64,000 bases of DNA from Veleropilina oligotropha (taxonomy: Eukaryota). Below, piece after piece: positions 25,261-38,747 of this stretch. Location of the stretch: the NCBI GenBank assembly GCA_048128005.1, contig JBEUKZ010000125.1:186001-250000 (forward strand), given 5' to 3'. The first letter of the stretch is position 1, and each line of letters starts with the position of its first letter. The notes beneath the pieces were generated by a model. It ran no database searches, was not told the DNA's origin, and saw nothing but the letters and a program-made list of their open reading frames with translations. Position numbers and translations under genes: made by a program.

Positions 25261-27253
25261 ACCTTAACAATAGATTCCTCAATTTGTGGATTTTTACCTC
25301 GCTTTCTCAGACTATATTCAATTTGAGCACACGTGTGTTATTTTGCGATTCTTATCAGCATAACTTGATTAAATAATATTAAAAGCAAATAAATAATATA
25401 ATCTAAACCTTCAAAGGTATATTTATAACTGTCATAAATTTTCATGGGAATCTTCTGTAATTTTATCCTTTTCCACCATTGTTCTGTATACTGTTGAATC
25501 TCCCAACACGACCCATAGTTTGCTGGCAAGCATGTTCTGTGGTGATAACAAGATCCAGAGGCTGGCCCATGAATGGAGGGGAGGAGAAGTCCTGGCCGTT
25601 GTTGACCTAGGGAATTTGGAGTGTAAACATCTGAGTTTGTACAAGACAGCCACTTAGAGGCGACCCTTGTGTGCGGAAATGGCGACCATGTTTGTCCGTG
25701 GACTAGCGTCTCTCCGCCCGGATTGTGTAGCCTCATGCAGCGCCTAACATTGCCTTCTCAAGAGATTTGTATATTGTTGTTGGTTGTTTATGATGTGGAT
25801 TAACAGATAAGCCCTCTGCCTACACAGGACGGTAATCTAGTCAAAATGCAGTATTTTTTGTCAGTGTGATAATTATAATATTAATCGTATGAAGGACATT
25901 AGGAAGAAAATTGTGTTTGAACTCGTTACATCCATCATTTCTCGGCTCGACCTCTGCGATAAACCTTTTTATTTCTGTTTATTATCCGATCTTGATGTAA
26001 AGCAATGGATTTGGAATTTGTTTTAAACAATTGTTGACAAATTTCTGAGAAATTAATTCGATTTTAATTGATTTCTTGTAAGCTCAAATGGTAAGAGCTC
26101 TAACTAATATCCTACAAATGGTAGCACTTCTTAATTTTGATAATGCAATATTTAAAAACGGTATCAAAAATTCACATTACAACAGATTTGGTTAAATTTT
26201 GTTAGAATTGGAGTCACTACCATTAAATTGTATTAAATTTGTGATAAAGTCAACATTCTGCCATTACTTTCTTGACTGCTGGTAACCATAAAAAATAAAC
26301 ACCATTAATGTAATAATAAGCCGTCGTGACATTGCATAATTCTTCTTTTCTTAAAATTATGTACACAATCTTTTTTTAATATAATGGGTGTTTCACAGAA
26401 TCATATTAACTATTTGGCTGCTGGGGGTAGGATATGCCACCCCATTCCCATTGGGTTACAGAATTCACAGCATGCTATATAACTTTAAAACATTTTAAAA
26501 ATACTTTTAAATCTATTTGATTAACCTTTGTTTTATTAAGTTCAATTTCCTATTGTTGACAGTTTGCAATTAGTTTTCTTTTTGTTTACCCTTTCATTCA
26601 TTAATTTTGGATGTGAAATCAAATGCTTTTTTATATCCATAGCATATAATCAATCTTGTTTCTACGGGTTTTTAATAACATTGCTTCCATCATAGCTTAT
26701 TGCTGCTGACAAAATTCCATAGATTGTCTATTTCAAGCCAGTTGGACTGGTTTATGAACTGCAGTGACGGGATGTCTTGAATACCATTGGTCCAATGTCG
26801 GGTTACCAACTTTATCTGCAGTTAATGGCTCTTTAATTGAATCCCGATTCCTGTGTGTGTAGCAGGTCACATTTTATCCAGCGAGGAACGCTCCTCACCT
26901 CAACTCTCACCTTTGACATTTCTGGTTATAGTCTGTTTTTTATAATGTGGCTCGCATTGATGCACTTTCTGGACGCTAGATGGATAAGACTAGGAATTGG
27001 TCATGTAAAATGCAATGGGTGTGGAAACCGTTTATAGAAATACAATATAGAGAAGAGTGATCAAAATTGGCAATAGCAACTTGCATTTTTGTACTCCATT
27101 AAAATATTGATGATTTTAATAAACTGTAAAGGAAAGACTAGTTTACTTTTCGTGTATTGAGAGTATTTTAACCCTGGACTAGAAAGGCTGGGATTATTAA
27201 ATAATTTGTTAAAACATGGTAGGTTAACTTTTACAGTGTTGGTCATATTTTGT

Positions 27254-28833
27254 TATTATGCCCCGGGACGGTAGTCCCGAAGGGCATATTGCTTTCACTG
27301 CGTCTGTACGTACGTACGTACGTACGTCCGCAGATTTGGTTAAAGTTTTTCTTATATTTATTGGAGGAATATCAATACCAAACCTTTTCATATGGATAAT
27401 ACATATCATAATCCTTCATTTAAGACCCGAATTTAATAAAAATAATTTTAATTTATAGTGTAAAATGACGCATTTGGACATAGACTTTTTCATGAAAAAA
27501 GGGATTCGGTTAAAGTTTTTGGTTAAGGTTTTTCTTACATTTATTTGAAAGATATCAATACCAAACCTTTTCATATGCATAATACACATCATTATCCTTC
27601 ATGTAAGACCCATATTTAAAAAAAAATATTTTATTTTATTTTGTAAAATGACGTATTTGAACATAGAATTTTTTTAGGAAAAATGAGATTCGGTTAAAGT
27701 TTTTAGTTGAAGGTTTTCTTACATTTAATGGATGGATATCAATACCAAACCGTTTCATATGGATAATACATAACATAATCATTCATTTAAGATCCAAATT
27801 TAATAAAAATAATTTTAATTTATATTGTAAAATGATGCATTTGAACATAGACATTTTCATGAAAAAAGGGATTCGGTTAACGTTTTTGGTTAAAGTTTTT
27901 CTTACATTTATTGGAGGGTTATCAGTACCAAACCTTTTCATATGGATAATACACATCATAATACTTCATTGAAGAAACAAATTTCAAAAAATATATTTTA
28001 ATTTATATTGTAAAATGACGTATTTGAACATAGAATTTTTTAGGAAAAAAGAGATTCTGTTAAAGTTTTTAGTTGAAGGTTTTCTTACATTTAATTGATG
28101 GATATCAATACCAAACCTTTTCATATGGAGGCCAGATACAGATCATAATCTTTCATTTAAGACACAAATTTAAAAAAAAATAATTCACCATTGATGTCTC
28201 TGTACATGTCACATGCTATCGCTCAGTAGACATTATATCCCATTATATGTATCCTGATTGTTTAGCAAAGAGCCCAAGCACTTCTGATTACTTGTTTGTA
28301 AAACAATTATTTTAAATGGACATAATTGTAGTATAGCATACGTATCGTAGTCTATGATTGTTACCAAATTGATTTTACAGCACTCTTGAAACTTATTCCA
28401 ACTTTGGAATATCAAACGATACAATGATCAGTACATGAACAACTGGTATTGCACCAAAAACAACATAAACTGAAAGAGATTTGCAATTATCTTAGATTAG
28501 TATAAATGACTGGATGGATATCATAATTATAGTAAAAAAGGAATGCAAAAATATTAGTCATAGTACGACATAGATCAAACTAAAAAATTTGCAACTAATC
28601 TTCTTTATATTTATTTCAGTACAGAATGATTATTTATGTTCAAACTGTGATACGTTTCACATATTAACATCATGTATGTCTATGACACCAAATTTCAAGT
28701 GACAAAATATACTAGCTCATTTGTGTCGAAGTATTAAGTGCGTGAGATTGCATGTGCATATGATGATTTGTGTGTGAAGATTTGTATCCATACCGGGGCA
28801 TCATCCATGTTCCGAGGAACATACTTTTCTAGT
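27254..28833 (+). mobile_element. HINE/Helentron-like element with ~190-bp internal satellite
   Basis: ttattatgccccgggac..gtcccgaagggcat, (cgta)n microsatellite, 4-5 tandem units at 27330-28180, 3' ccggggcat + hairpin + ctagtt. Confidence 0.8.
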
Positions 28834-29179
28834 TCTATGTTATTAGTTGTTATATGAAGACGAGAAATGCCGCTTTGTCTTTGTGGTTTGTCCAGAAATT
28901 TGGAACAAAAGTGAAATCTTAATTTTGCATGCAGCATATCTTGACAGGACTGTTTATACAGTGTAGCAAAACTTTGTGTATGTTATGAGTGTTGGTCTGC
29001 ACATCCTTGACATGGTTACAATGTATTATTTGCTCCATTTGATGACTAATGGCATATAGTGTTACCAGGTACATACAATTTGCCATAATAACAACCTTGG
29101 TCACTTGCAGTTAGCATTTAGTGTCTTGCGTCAAATTTTGGGGTGGAAATGGAGCTAGCTCTCACACTGCTTCGCGCAC

Positions 29180-31270
29180 AAGTCCTGAAATTTTATTGAT
29201 GCCATTTCAAGGCCCTTGAAATCAGGAAAATCTGGCATTTGGGCAGATAGTTTTTGGAAGTCTTTGAATTTTATTTTTTGTTGAATAAAATATGTCTCTG
29301 GGGGAGGGGAAATAAATTTTAGCAGTAGTAAAAATGAAATAGAGTGCGGATTAACCCTGTAACCGGTGGACGGACGAATTCGTCCGTATCATAGTGCTGT
29401 TTGAATTACGCGCTCTTTCTATGAATGAAGTTGTCGCATTCCGATAATAGATGGCGCTTGTTAGTCATAGATAACTAAGCTACGCATAAACATTGAAGTC
29501 GCCATTTTTATATGAAGTTTGTCAGCTGAAAATAAGCGAAAATAAGAGGTAAATATATGTGGGCGTGGCACCAGCTGATACAGGAATGTCGGAGGGGAGA
29601 CAGCAGTGTTTTACGGTCACTCAAGTGTTAGAAACGTTATTTTCTGGCGAATATAATTACGATAATGCATAAGAAAGGTACAGCAAAGCAACCGACATCG
29701 AAAATGGCGAGGAATTTGACCCCAGATTGACCTGACCGTCTGGGTCGTCAATTTCACGTGGAAATGCACAATCAGGTAAGATATAAATGTTGGTTTTATT
29801 GCGTAATTACTGATAATATGACAACCTGGAGTGTGTTATTGACGCAATCATCCTATATAAAAATTAGAATAGGAATATATAATTTATAACAGTGGAAATC
29901 GGATAGGTATGTTATTATTTTATGTAAACAAAGGAAATAATATAAACCAAGGGGAGATAATTTAGGGGCACGATATTTTATGAATGTATGTTTGTTTGTA
30001 TGTCTGTCTGTATGAATGTATGTATACTTTATATACATGTACACATGCATGCATGTATGCATAAATGTAAGTATGTGTGCGACTAGGTATGTATGCATGT
30101 ATGTTATAATATGTATATTATATTTATTTGCATATCCTTTTTATGGATAAATGAATTCATGCATGTGCCTAATTGCCAGTTTTATAACTTTATGCATAAG
30201 CTTGTTACTTTATATTTACTAGCATCTATTTAGTGCCTTTTATTCTTTATTTTAGGTGCTGCTTCACAACCAGAGAGGTACAATGATGAGGCTCCACTAC
30301 CAGCCAGAAAAAGGAAAACTCAGAGAGAAAAATTGACGAAGGGTACCCCAGGCAGTTGAGGCGGCAGCGATTCAAATATATCATATAACCGTAACCACAG
30401 TATTTAATTGTTTTGTAATGATTATTATTGCTAGGTTTTGTTGGATGTATATCAAAATGAAGTAATGTTTTATCAGGAAACATGATTTTCGAACATGATG
30501 ATGTGTTGTTATTATTTCACGTAAATGAAATTTACATAAATTATCATATTTTTTGGTATTATATGTATATATATATATTATTTTTTTCAGCTTGTCATGT
30601 TTAGGTAGATTATTGCTTTATATTCTAAATAATACATAGTCTATATGATGTGTATTAAATATATCACACTTTATCTTAGTGTTGGCATTGATAAGTGAAT
30701 TTTTGTCCTATTTTTTATATATTAGCCTTTTATGTATTTTCATCTGAAATATGCCATATAACAGTAATAATCTGTATTATTTGCTCCGTAATTGTTCATA
30801 ATGCTTATTTTTATTGATTGCATATCAAATGAAAGTAATATTTTATCATGAAATATAATTTTGAAACATGATAACATACCGCTAATTATTTCTTTATTTT
30901 TTTTGTAATTAAAATTTACATCATTTACCATATTATATTTTTGTAATTTATGTGCATAGTGTCGAGCTTGTCATATTTAGATAGCCAATCCAATTACCTT
31001 CAATAAAATATATAGTTTATATGGGGTATATTATACATTTCAACCTTTATGGAGCATTAATATATGATATATGCATATCGTCAAATATTTTCCCAAATAA
31101 AGTCACCGGTTAGAGGGTTAAGCAAGGTTAGGGTTAGGTAACGGTTTAACTCTAATCCCTGAGCAGTTTCGTATTCAGAGAGATACCCTAGAAATTCGGA
31201 AATAAGTCCTTGAAAAGATCTGTGAAAGTCCTTGAAATTTATCATTGGAAACCTGCATGAATGAACCCTG
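29180..31270. mobile_element. hAT-like element (gtccttgaaa subterminal repeats) split by the piggyBac-like insertion
   Basis: ccttgaa motifs on both sides of the insertion; terminal aaccctg at 31264-31270. Confidence 0.5.
29355..31117 (+). mobile_element. piggyBac-like non-autonomous element
   Basis: ttaa|ccctgtaaccggtg ... caccggttagaggg|ttaa; short relic reading MSEGRQQCFTVTQVLETLFS near 29586. Confidence 0.8.
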
Positions 31271-31318
31271 TTAATAATGTCATAACAATGTAATAACAAT
31301 ATTTGTTACTTCTTCCAG

Positions 31319-31489
31319 ATGCCAAGTCCTTTCATGTCGCCGATGCGGAAAGGCATGATGATGTCATCACTCTCGTCGTCGCCTCAGTTCAAATCGTTGC
31401 GCGATCCGTCAGACATGTTGAGCGACTGCGGAGGGTCCGTGGGATGCAACAAGTCTGAGTCCAAGAAACACCCCAGCCTTCCCAAGGAG
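31319..31489 (+). CDS. TALE homeobox gene, coding exon 5 (includes homeodomain N-terminal arm)
   Basis: tcttccag| acceptor, MPSPFMSPMRKG...ESKKHPSLPKE, gag|gtaatt donor; phase 0/0. Confidence 0.9.
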
Positions 31490-31767
31490 GTAATTGTTGA
31501 AAATATCCTTTTTAGAGAGAAATGTGGAGGGGGAGAATCCGTGTTGTTGGTGGATCTCCGCAAAATAGTCTGGATAGAAATTTCTTGTGTGCAATATCCA
31601 GTCAGCAGTTGTAATCCGATATGCGTCAAATTTGACATCAATATTTATATTAGTTATGATGAGGTTTCGACCCTGGACGTGTTTGGTCATTTTCGCATTC
31701 AAATTCAAGTTGTGGATTTTACTGATTTTAAAATTTTATTGCCGGTGTCATATAGAAATATACAGGT

Positions 31768-32200
31768 CATTGTATCCCCCGAAACGAAAGTATCGGGGGA
31801 TACTATGGTTTAGCGTTCGTTACTTCGCCGCGTCTGCCGAGAGATTCCTCGTGATCGCACTAGACAAGCCATTTCTTAACGGAATGTTTTCAAATTTGGT
31901 ATGTGCATTGGTTGGGGCGAGGACATGACACCTATAGAATTTGGGTGTGGTCCGACCTCCAAGATGGCCGCCATGGCCTCCATCTTGGATTTTAAGCATG
32001 ATTCCTCGTGATCGCTCTAGACAGGCCGTTTCTTAATCCATCTTTGATTTTAAGGATAACTGTATTATCGCACTAGACAAGCCATTTCTTAACGGAATGT
32101 TTTCAAATTTGGCATGTGCATTGGTTGGGGCGAGGACACGACACCTATATATTTTGGGTCACGTGACCCCAATATCTTGAATTTCATTAGAAAACTATTT
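31768..32200 (+). mobile_element. HINE-like element
   Basis: gtatcccccga..tcgggggatac 5' hairpin; tandem ctagacaagccatttcttaacggaatg units. Confidence 0.7.
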
Positions 32201-32388
32201 CCTTTAATAAATTTGTTAATATTTAACCTAGCTGGACATGATTTATATATTTAATATACAATCCAATTTACTTAATCTTGTTAGCTTTATAATGTCGCAT
32301 ATAAGCGACATTATAAAGTTAAAACGATGATGCATCGCCGCACCTCCATAGTAAATTGCTCAACACTGATGCTGTCTTTTCGTTCCAG

Positions 32389-32559
32389 GCGGTCGCCATG
32401 ATGCTGGACTGGCTTCGGAGCCACAAGGACAACCCGTATCCCAACGACGACGAGAAGGCCATGCTCATCAAGCAGACTGGACTGACAATCAACCAGATCA
32501 ACTACTGGTTCACGAACGCTCGGCGACGCATCCTGCCAAAGTGGGCGCAGTGTAAATGA
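32389..32559 (+). CDS. TALE homeobox gene, last coding exon (TALE homeodomain)
   Basis: cgttccag| acceptor, [59 protein letters not shown] loop and WFxNARRR helix 3 are TALE signatures. Confidence 0.96.
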   Translation, partial: AVAMMLDWLRSHKDNPYPNDDEKAMLIKQTGLTINQINYWFTNARRRILPKWAQCK

Positions 32560-35500
32560 CGCGCCCGTCTAGGTTAACGAAACTAAAAGTGCTGTTATGT
32601 CTGTTGTTGTTTTAAACATTTTATACGCAGATTTTCTCTGAAGAAAACCTTGTGCCTTAGTATTTATGAAAAGTGTTCTATTTTTTTCTATTGCGTCCAT
32701 GTATGAAAACTCTCGTCATGTTTTATTCCACAATGATTTGAAGCAATATTTTACGAAGCAATAGAAGTCCGGTTCATATTCCCTTCTGTATACAACGACC
32801 CTAAAGGGCACTAGCACACCTGATTGTGGGACCCCTCAAAGGGGCAGGCCACAGAACACATTCAACCAAAGATGGTAGTTATGATATTAGCCAAACTGTT
32901 TTTAATAGTGCCTTTTTATCAATATTTGTTGAATGTTTTCTGATATTGTCTCATGTATATTCTCTGTAAATATATTTTATCTATAGTTAAAGCAGGCATT
33001 TATTGTACATATGAAAGTAACAGATAAGCCTGATAAAACAAATGTACGTATATTATTAGCAATTCCTTATTCATCGATATTGGATACAATACAGGGTGAC
33101 GCGAAATTGGATTCAAGATGTCTCAAAGAGGCGAGAAATACTTTCATTGAAAGTATGTATACATATGTCAAAAGGTTTGAAAAACTTGTGGCATATACTT
33201 GCATCTGATATACTCAGATGCAGCCATGTTCTGGATTGGTTGTTCATGCAGTTTATTCATAGCATTTAATTTAGACAATATTCAAATCATAGTCTCGCTA
33301 AAACTTCTGCATTGTTGTTTTAAAGTCATACCGAGATTCTGTTTTACTTCTGTTATTTCTTGATTTTACATTTGAGTTGCCCTGTATTTTCTTCATTTTT
33401 CCACAATATTACATCTGATATGCAGTCAAGTTATTTATGATGAGCTGTTGAAAACACATGTAAGTTAGTATCGTGCTATTTACCCTGATATTTGAAATTT
33501 GTTTCTTAATGCTTAAGTCAGTTACCTGTAATGGTTTGGTGCTTACTTGCTCCTGTAGGTAAATATATCATATTTCAACTTTTAATATTTTACAATTTAA
33601 TTATATATCATAAACTGGACCAAAATAATGTTGGAATGGTTGTTAAGCCTCAATTCAACTCCACTCATCTGTTCTTGGAGTCTAATAGTTTCAAACTTTC
33701 ATTTGATGCGAACTACAAAATAAAACATGATCGCATTCACCTACAATATTAAGTACGTAATGTCATTTAGAAATAAATTTCCAATGACAAACTTCTGTGT
33801 CTTTGATGAATTGAAACATTCTTATACAATATACATTAATTGGCTTCCCTATTTGAAAATTATTCAAAAAATTTGTAGCCAGTATTTCATATAGTTTAAT
33901 TCATTTAGCTTGGATTTAAAGCACTGGTACGTAACTGTATACTATGTAATCTTTACCTGAATATGCAATAACTAACCGCGTTACCTTAGTACTAAACTAC
34001 AGAGGATTTTCTGTGGTCTTTGGCCTAAACTGTGAACACCTGGTGTGTTTGTGTAATTATGCAATATGTGACATCGTTTATATCATATATTTATTGATCA
34101 TCTCTATAGGGTAATTTAGGTCAGAAAGGTTGTTTGTGAATTATTGTTCACATTTCCGTTTATCAGATTTGATTTTTATCTCCCATTCTGTCTCATGAGT
34201 CGTATTTATTTTATTTCTTCGCTTTCATTCGATGTTTTTTGTGTACGTTTAATTTTATCGTATCTTCCGTCATCTCATTTCTAGTGTTATTCGCTATCAT
34301 TAAAATCAACTTACATCTGAGAGAATTACTATGTGTTTCATAAAACACCATTTAAGAGCAGTGTCATCATGGAATATTCGTAAATATTATCAATATCTTT
34401 TAAGAAATAAGTTTAAAACTCTTGTCCTAATAGTGCTATACAATACTTAGCAATAATCTTCCTATAGTATTTTTTGACAAAGTTAAAAGCTTAAATGTTT
34501 CGACTAAAATTCAAATGATCACTGAAGACATTATCAAATATTAAACGATCCCTGGAGACCATTTTCTTGGATATTGATTTGACGCGGTTTTCTTGATTGT
34601 GGTCCATTTACTTCGTCTGTTCTGTGTACATGTATATCGTTTCACTCATCTGCTGCATGTTATTTTGTTACATATCAATTTCATGTTGACAGCTTTCATG
34701 TTTTTGTTTACAACTTTCATTAGTTCATTGTGAACAACTTACTATGCATATATATGTAGCTGCCTGCATAAGGGAGATAACCTTTGAACAGTTGTGTGTA
34801 ACTGCATTTCGGGACATCTTCTAGCATAACTTGTGAATGTACTTTTACTGGCCGCAGTGTGATCTCAAGAATTAGCAGAATATATTTTCTTTGCTTTATT
34901 TTCTGAAGTCTGATTCAATATTTTTAAAATGTCAATTGTTCATTATCATCTATCGGAACATGCATTGGAAATCTCTTTCAATCAATATTTACTTTTTTTG
35001 GCAACTAATTATATCTTGTGTTTTCTACATACTAATTATAATAATTTCATTGTGGCCATAGTGTATGTGTAGGAGATTAACAACTATGCAAATGAAGTGG
35101 GTGTGTTGTACGAATAGGCTACAAATGATGTCATATATTCACCTATTTTCTAAACTGAACGAATGTCGGCATATTTTGATAATTGTGACTTTTTGTTTAA
35201 ATGCCGTCTTTTCTTGCGGTATTCAATGTTTTTTAGCCTGTTGTGAATAATCATACAATATTAAAAATCTTGCTGTATGATGAAAAAATCATATGCAGAA
35301 TGCGTCTCTAAAATGCAATGTCGTTTACTCTTATGGTGCTACAGGAAGAGATGGAGTTTTACTGCTGCTATAGTTGTGTTCACCATCACTGCTAGAAGAT
35401 GTCCTAAATCGTCTCATTACGTTTAGTATATGCAACGAGTTTTTAGTGACGCTCTATACCTCTGCCAGTGGGCTGTTTTATTTATCGGCGCAGCTGTTCT

Positions 35501-35661
35501 CGTGTTGTGCGTAGAATCTGTCCTTGTCATTATATACAAAGCTGAAGTCGGCACAAAGTATCGTCCTGTTGTACCATGTGTTTTTAAATATTTTGTAATT
35601 TTAGACTTGTAATTTTTACTTTGATAACTGAAGGCATTTTCAAGTCCAAAAGAACTTTGAG

Positions 35662-35667
35662 AATAAA
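35662..35667 (+). terminator. Candidate polyadenylation signal of the TALE gene
   Basis: AATAAA followed by a T-rich tract, at the end of a ~3.1-kb region after the stop codon with no recognisable TE. Other AATAAA sites occur earlier, e.g. near 33772. Confidence 0.35.
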
Positions 35668-35717
35668 GTATATTTTTAAACTACTGCCATTGTCTTTTTA
35701 TATTTTATTTATATTTT

Positions 35718-35811
35718 ATTTATATTGGTGTACTAGACTAGAATGTTATTTATATTGGTGTACTAGACTAGATTGTTATTTATATTGGTGTACTAGACTA
35801 GAATGTTATTT
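35718..35811. repeat. 30-bp minisatellite x3
   Basis: atttatattggtgtactagactagaatgtt tandem copies. Confidence 0.9.
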
Positions 35812-35960
35812 TCAGTTCCGGAATTCCAAGCCATTTGATTGATCTTAAATGATGTCACAAATCTGATACAAGACTAGACTTTTTGTTTCTGGTATGCAGG
35901 AGTCGATCGATTAAACCATCTCAGGATAACATTAATTTAAAGGCGTTGTGCACATCTTAA

Positions 35961-36355
35961 GACTATTGCCCGTAAATGCGCACTTGCTTTTTTTAAAGAA
36001 AACTAACCGCATTACACTTTCTTATAACATAAAAAGTTAAGAATTTTCAACACAACTTTTGTCAGTAATTTGCTACCATTTAAATTAATCATTCGGAATA
36101 TTTAAACATAATTGGGCGTTTAATTACCTCGCACAGAGTGCATTTCCAATTGACCTAGTATTAGCACAGTTGCGTATGTTTCTGCTCGTCGCTCATGTAA
36201 GATAGCTTTCTACTTGACAGTAACATATGTTGCCAAGTTAAAATATTAATTGCAATAAAAATATATCATTCGATCATATCTTTCCAAAATTTGTATCAAT
36301 CTGCACGAACCGTTACACGGTCACGAAAAGAGCACATTTATGGGCAATAGTCTCT
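35961..36355. mobile_element. Kolobok-like MITE, uninterrupted copy
   Basis: TTAA-flanked, TIR gactattgcccgtaaatg / catttatgggcaatagtc. Confidence 0.85.
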
Positions 36356-36786
36356 TTAATTTATTCACCGAGTCTGTACTCTCTCCATGATCCACGTGTG
36401 GGCGACATATAGAGACGCATCTCCCTGTATTCTTGCTTCTGTTTACGTTAAATATAGTAGCGTAGAGATTTCTCTTTGGTGATACTCATCCGAGAACTAA
36501 TGACTCTCATGAATAATAATAGGAAAGATAATCCAGCAGTGAATCGGTTAATGTGTCGACTACCCAGAAACTTCAATGATTCTACTTCATCAACCAAGGG
36601 TGCATTACCCCATCTGTTATTATGCCCCCCGTAACGAAGATAGGGGGTATGTTGGAATCGCCCTATCCCTTTACGATGTTCGTCCAACAATTTTTTTGGT
36701 GGGGGTAAGAAAGATAGTTTGGATTTACATACTGAGAATTGTATACCTATCAGGTGGGGGAGACCATTACTACTTAACCTGTGGAT

Positions 36787-37390
36787 AATATAATAATAAT
36801 TATAATGGACATTTGTATTGCGCCATATCCACCCACGAATGCATGCTCCTAGCGCTACATTGATATAAAAAAAAAGAGTTGTACGTAATACAGCCGAAAT
36901 GAGTAAGATTTGAGTGATGCTTTGATAGAGTTCTGAGATGGAGACTGAGAGGTGAAGGAAGCTTATTCCAGAGGGTCAATGCCGCATGTGCAAACGACCA
37001 ATAACCGAAATACTTCAGTTTTTGTTTGGGAATAACGAGCAGTTTTTGATTCTCAGATCTGAGGGTTCTGCTCAGCGCATAATCGGAGACAAGGTCAGAC
37101 AGGTAGGCGGGGGGCTGTTCTGTCAAAGCACTGGTATGTTATAGATAACAGTTTGTATTCGATTCTTGCATTCACTGGTAGTCTTGAGAACCGGAGTGAT
37201 GTGCTGCCTCTTGTAGGTGAGAGAGACTATCCGGGCTGCAGTCTTTTGGAGCTTATGAAGCTGTTTGTTATCGAGTACAAACATGACGCAGTTGCAGTAA
37301 TCTAATCTTGATAAAACCAAGCTCCGAACCAGAGTATGGATAACAGTTCTAGATCTAATCTGAAGTCTGTAGCATAGTTGAGTCATGGTC
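36787..37390 (-). mobile_element. L2-clade LINE 3' relic
   Basis: LVLSRLDYCN, HITPVL, PAYLSDLV..RTLRS, FAHAALTLWNKLP; (tta)n tail; frameshifted. Confidence 0.85.
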
Positions 37391-37621
37391 TGACGCGATT
37401 GTAAATCATTTGATGTATAAACCTGTGCTAACTCAAAAGTTCAGGTTATGATTAGAAACGCCATAGTACATCCTAGCTCACATTTAACAGATTTGTGAAT
37501 CTATGATAAACAGACATAATGTATTTTTACTATTTCAATTCATACAGAATTATCTTCCTTTATGTAGCATATGCCACTTTGTTGGCGTATGGGAGTGGGT
37601 TTAAATCCTCGTTTGGGAACT

Positions 37622-37874
37622 GCCGCTTCGGCAGCGCAATGGGTAAGAGTGTCCACTCTAAATTCACTGGCTTGATTCCGCTAACGCGAACAGTAGTGGG
37701 TTCAATACCTGTCTGAGGCATTGAAATTTGTTCAAGTTATGAATCACAGTTGTCCGTGACTGGCCGAAGAGGGCGGGTTTACCGGGCGACCAGGGTTTCC
37801 TCCGCGATAACACCGACATGTCCTGCCTTGAACCTCGATGTTGTAAATATACAGGATATTAAGCATCATTCCAA
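37622..37874 (+). mobile_element. tRNA-derived SINE, full length
   Basis: A-box-like gcgcaatgggt, B-box gggttcaatacc, core ggtttcctcc, tail; TSD ctcgtttgggaact (37608-37621 / 37875-37888). Confidence 0.92.
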
Positions 37875-38563
37875 CTCGTTTGGGAACTTTGTTCAGTTAA
37901 TTCCACCTTTGTCCTTGGGTGGGATTCGCCAGGCTGTCCTCCCATGTTTATACGAGCATGACCTGAAGGGTGTCTATCCAAACCCTGTAACCACCCACCG
38001 TGAACAATTACACATCCTCAGATGTATGTATATAAAATAGTCCACATTTTACTCGATCATATTTATTAACTCGGTAGGATCTCTGTTTGAAGACTTGCTG
38101 TATAAATTAAGATCGAGTATGCATAATGGGTACCACCAGGCGCCTGTGAAAACCTGAAAGTTGTGCTAAACAAATATTTAAGCTACACAGAGTTGTCTCT
38201 CTTGTTCTCGTGATGTCTTCAACATGGTTCAAAGCAGCGTCGATTCGTTCATTGTACCATCACAGCTTTTATTTGTGGTGTAGCACATGAATATCATTAT
38301 CTGGACAGTATGTTCTCTAGTTATTGCCACTTTCACATTCATTTTGCTACTTTAGTAACCAACTCCAACAACGTTAGTGTTGCTACTCCGCCGGGTATTG
38401 CGTGTATTTGTAAACCCGTACTCTTGTTATATGAGTATTTGCTACCCTGCACGGCACTCTCCGATCAGAGAAAGTAAGAATTATACATGCCTTACTAATA
38501 CATGTAGGGTTGCAGATTGACGTTTCTGTGTAGGAGATGGGCGCTAACATATGGTAGCAAGCA

Positions 38564-38747
38564 CAGTCCATGGACGATACGTCGCAAAATTAAAGAATAA
38601 AAATATTGAAATCGCCAGTCAAAAGCCCCACCCACTAATCGCTATGTAAACACTCTGTTATATAACAATCAGTGGGTGGGGTTTTTGCCTGGCGATTTAT
38701 ATATTTTTATTCTTTAATTTTGTGATGTATCTATCGTCCACGGACTA
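38564..38747. mobile_element. Palindromic MITE (Mutator-like)
   Basis: Near-complete inverted repeat; atggtagcaag is duplicated on both flanks. Confidence 0.7.

Noticed and set aside
32389..32559. Assigning the symbol Meis, Pknox or Tgif
   Set aside because: Recognition residues and domain layout do not match any canonical family; needs phylogeny.
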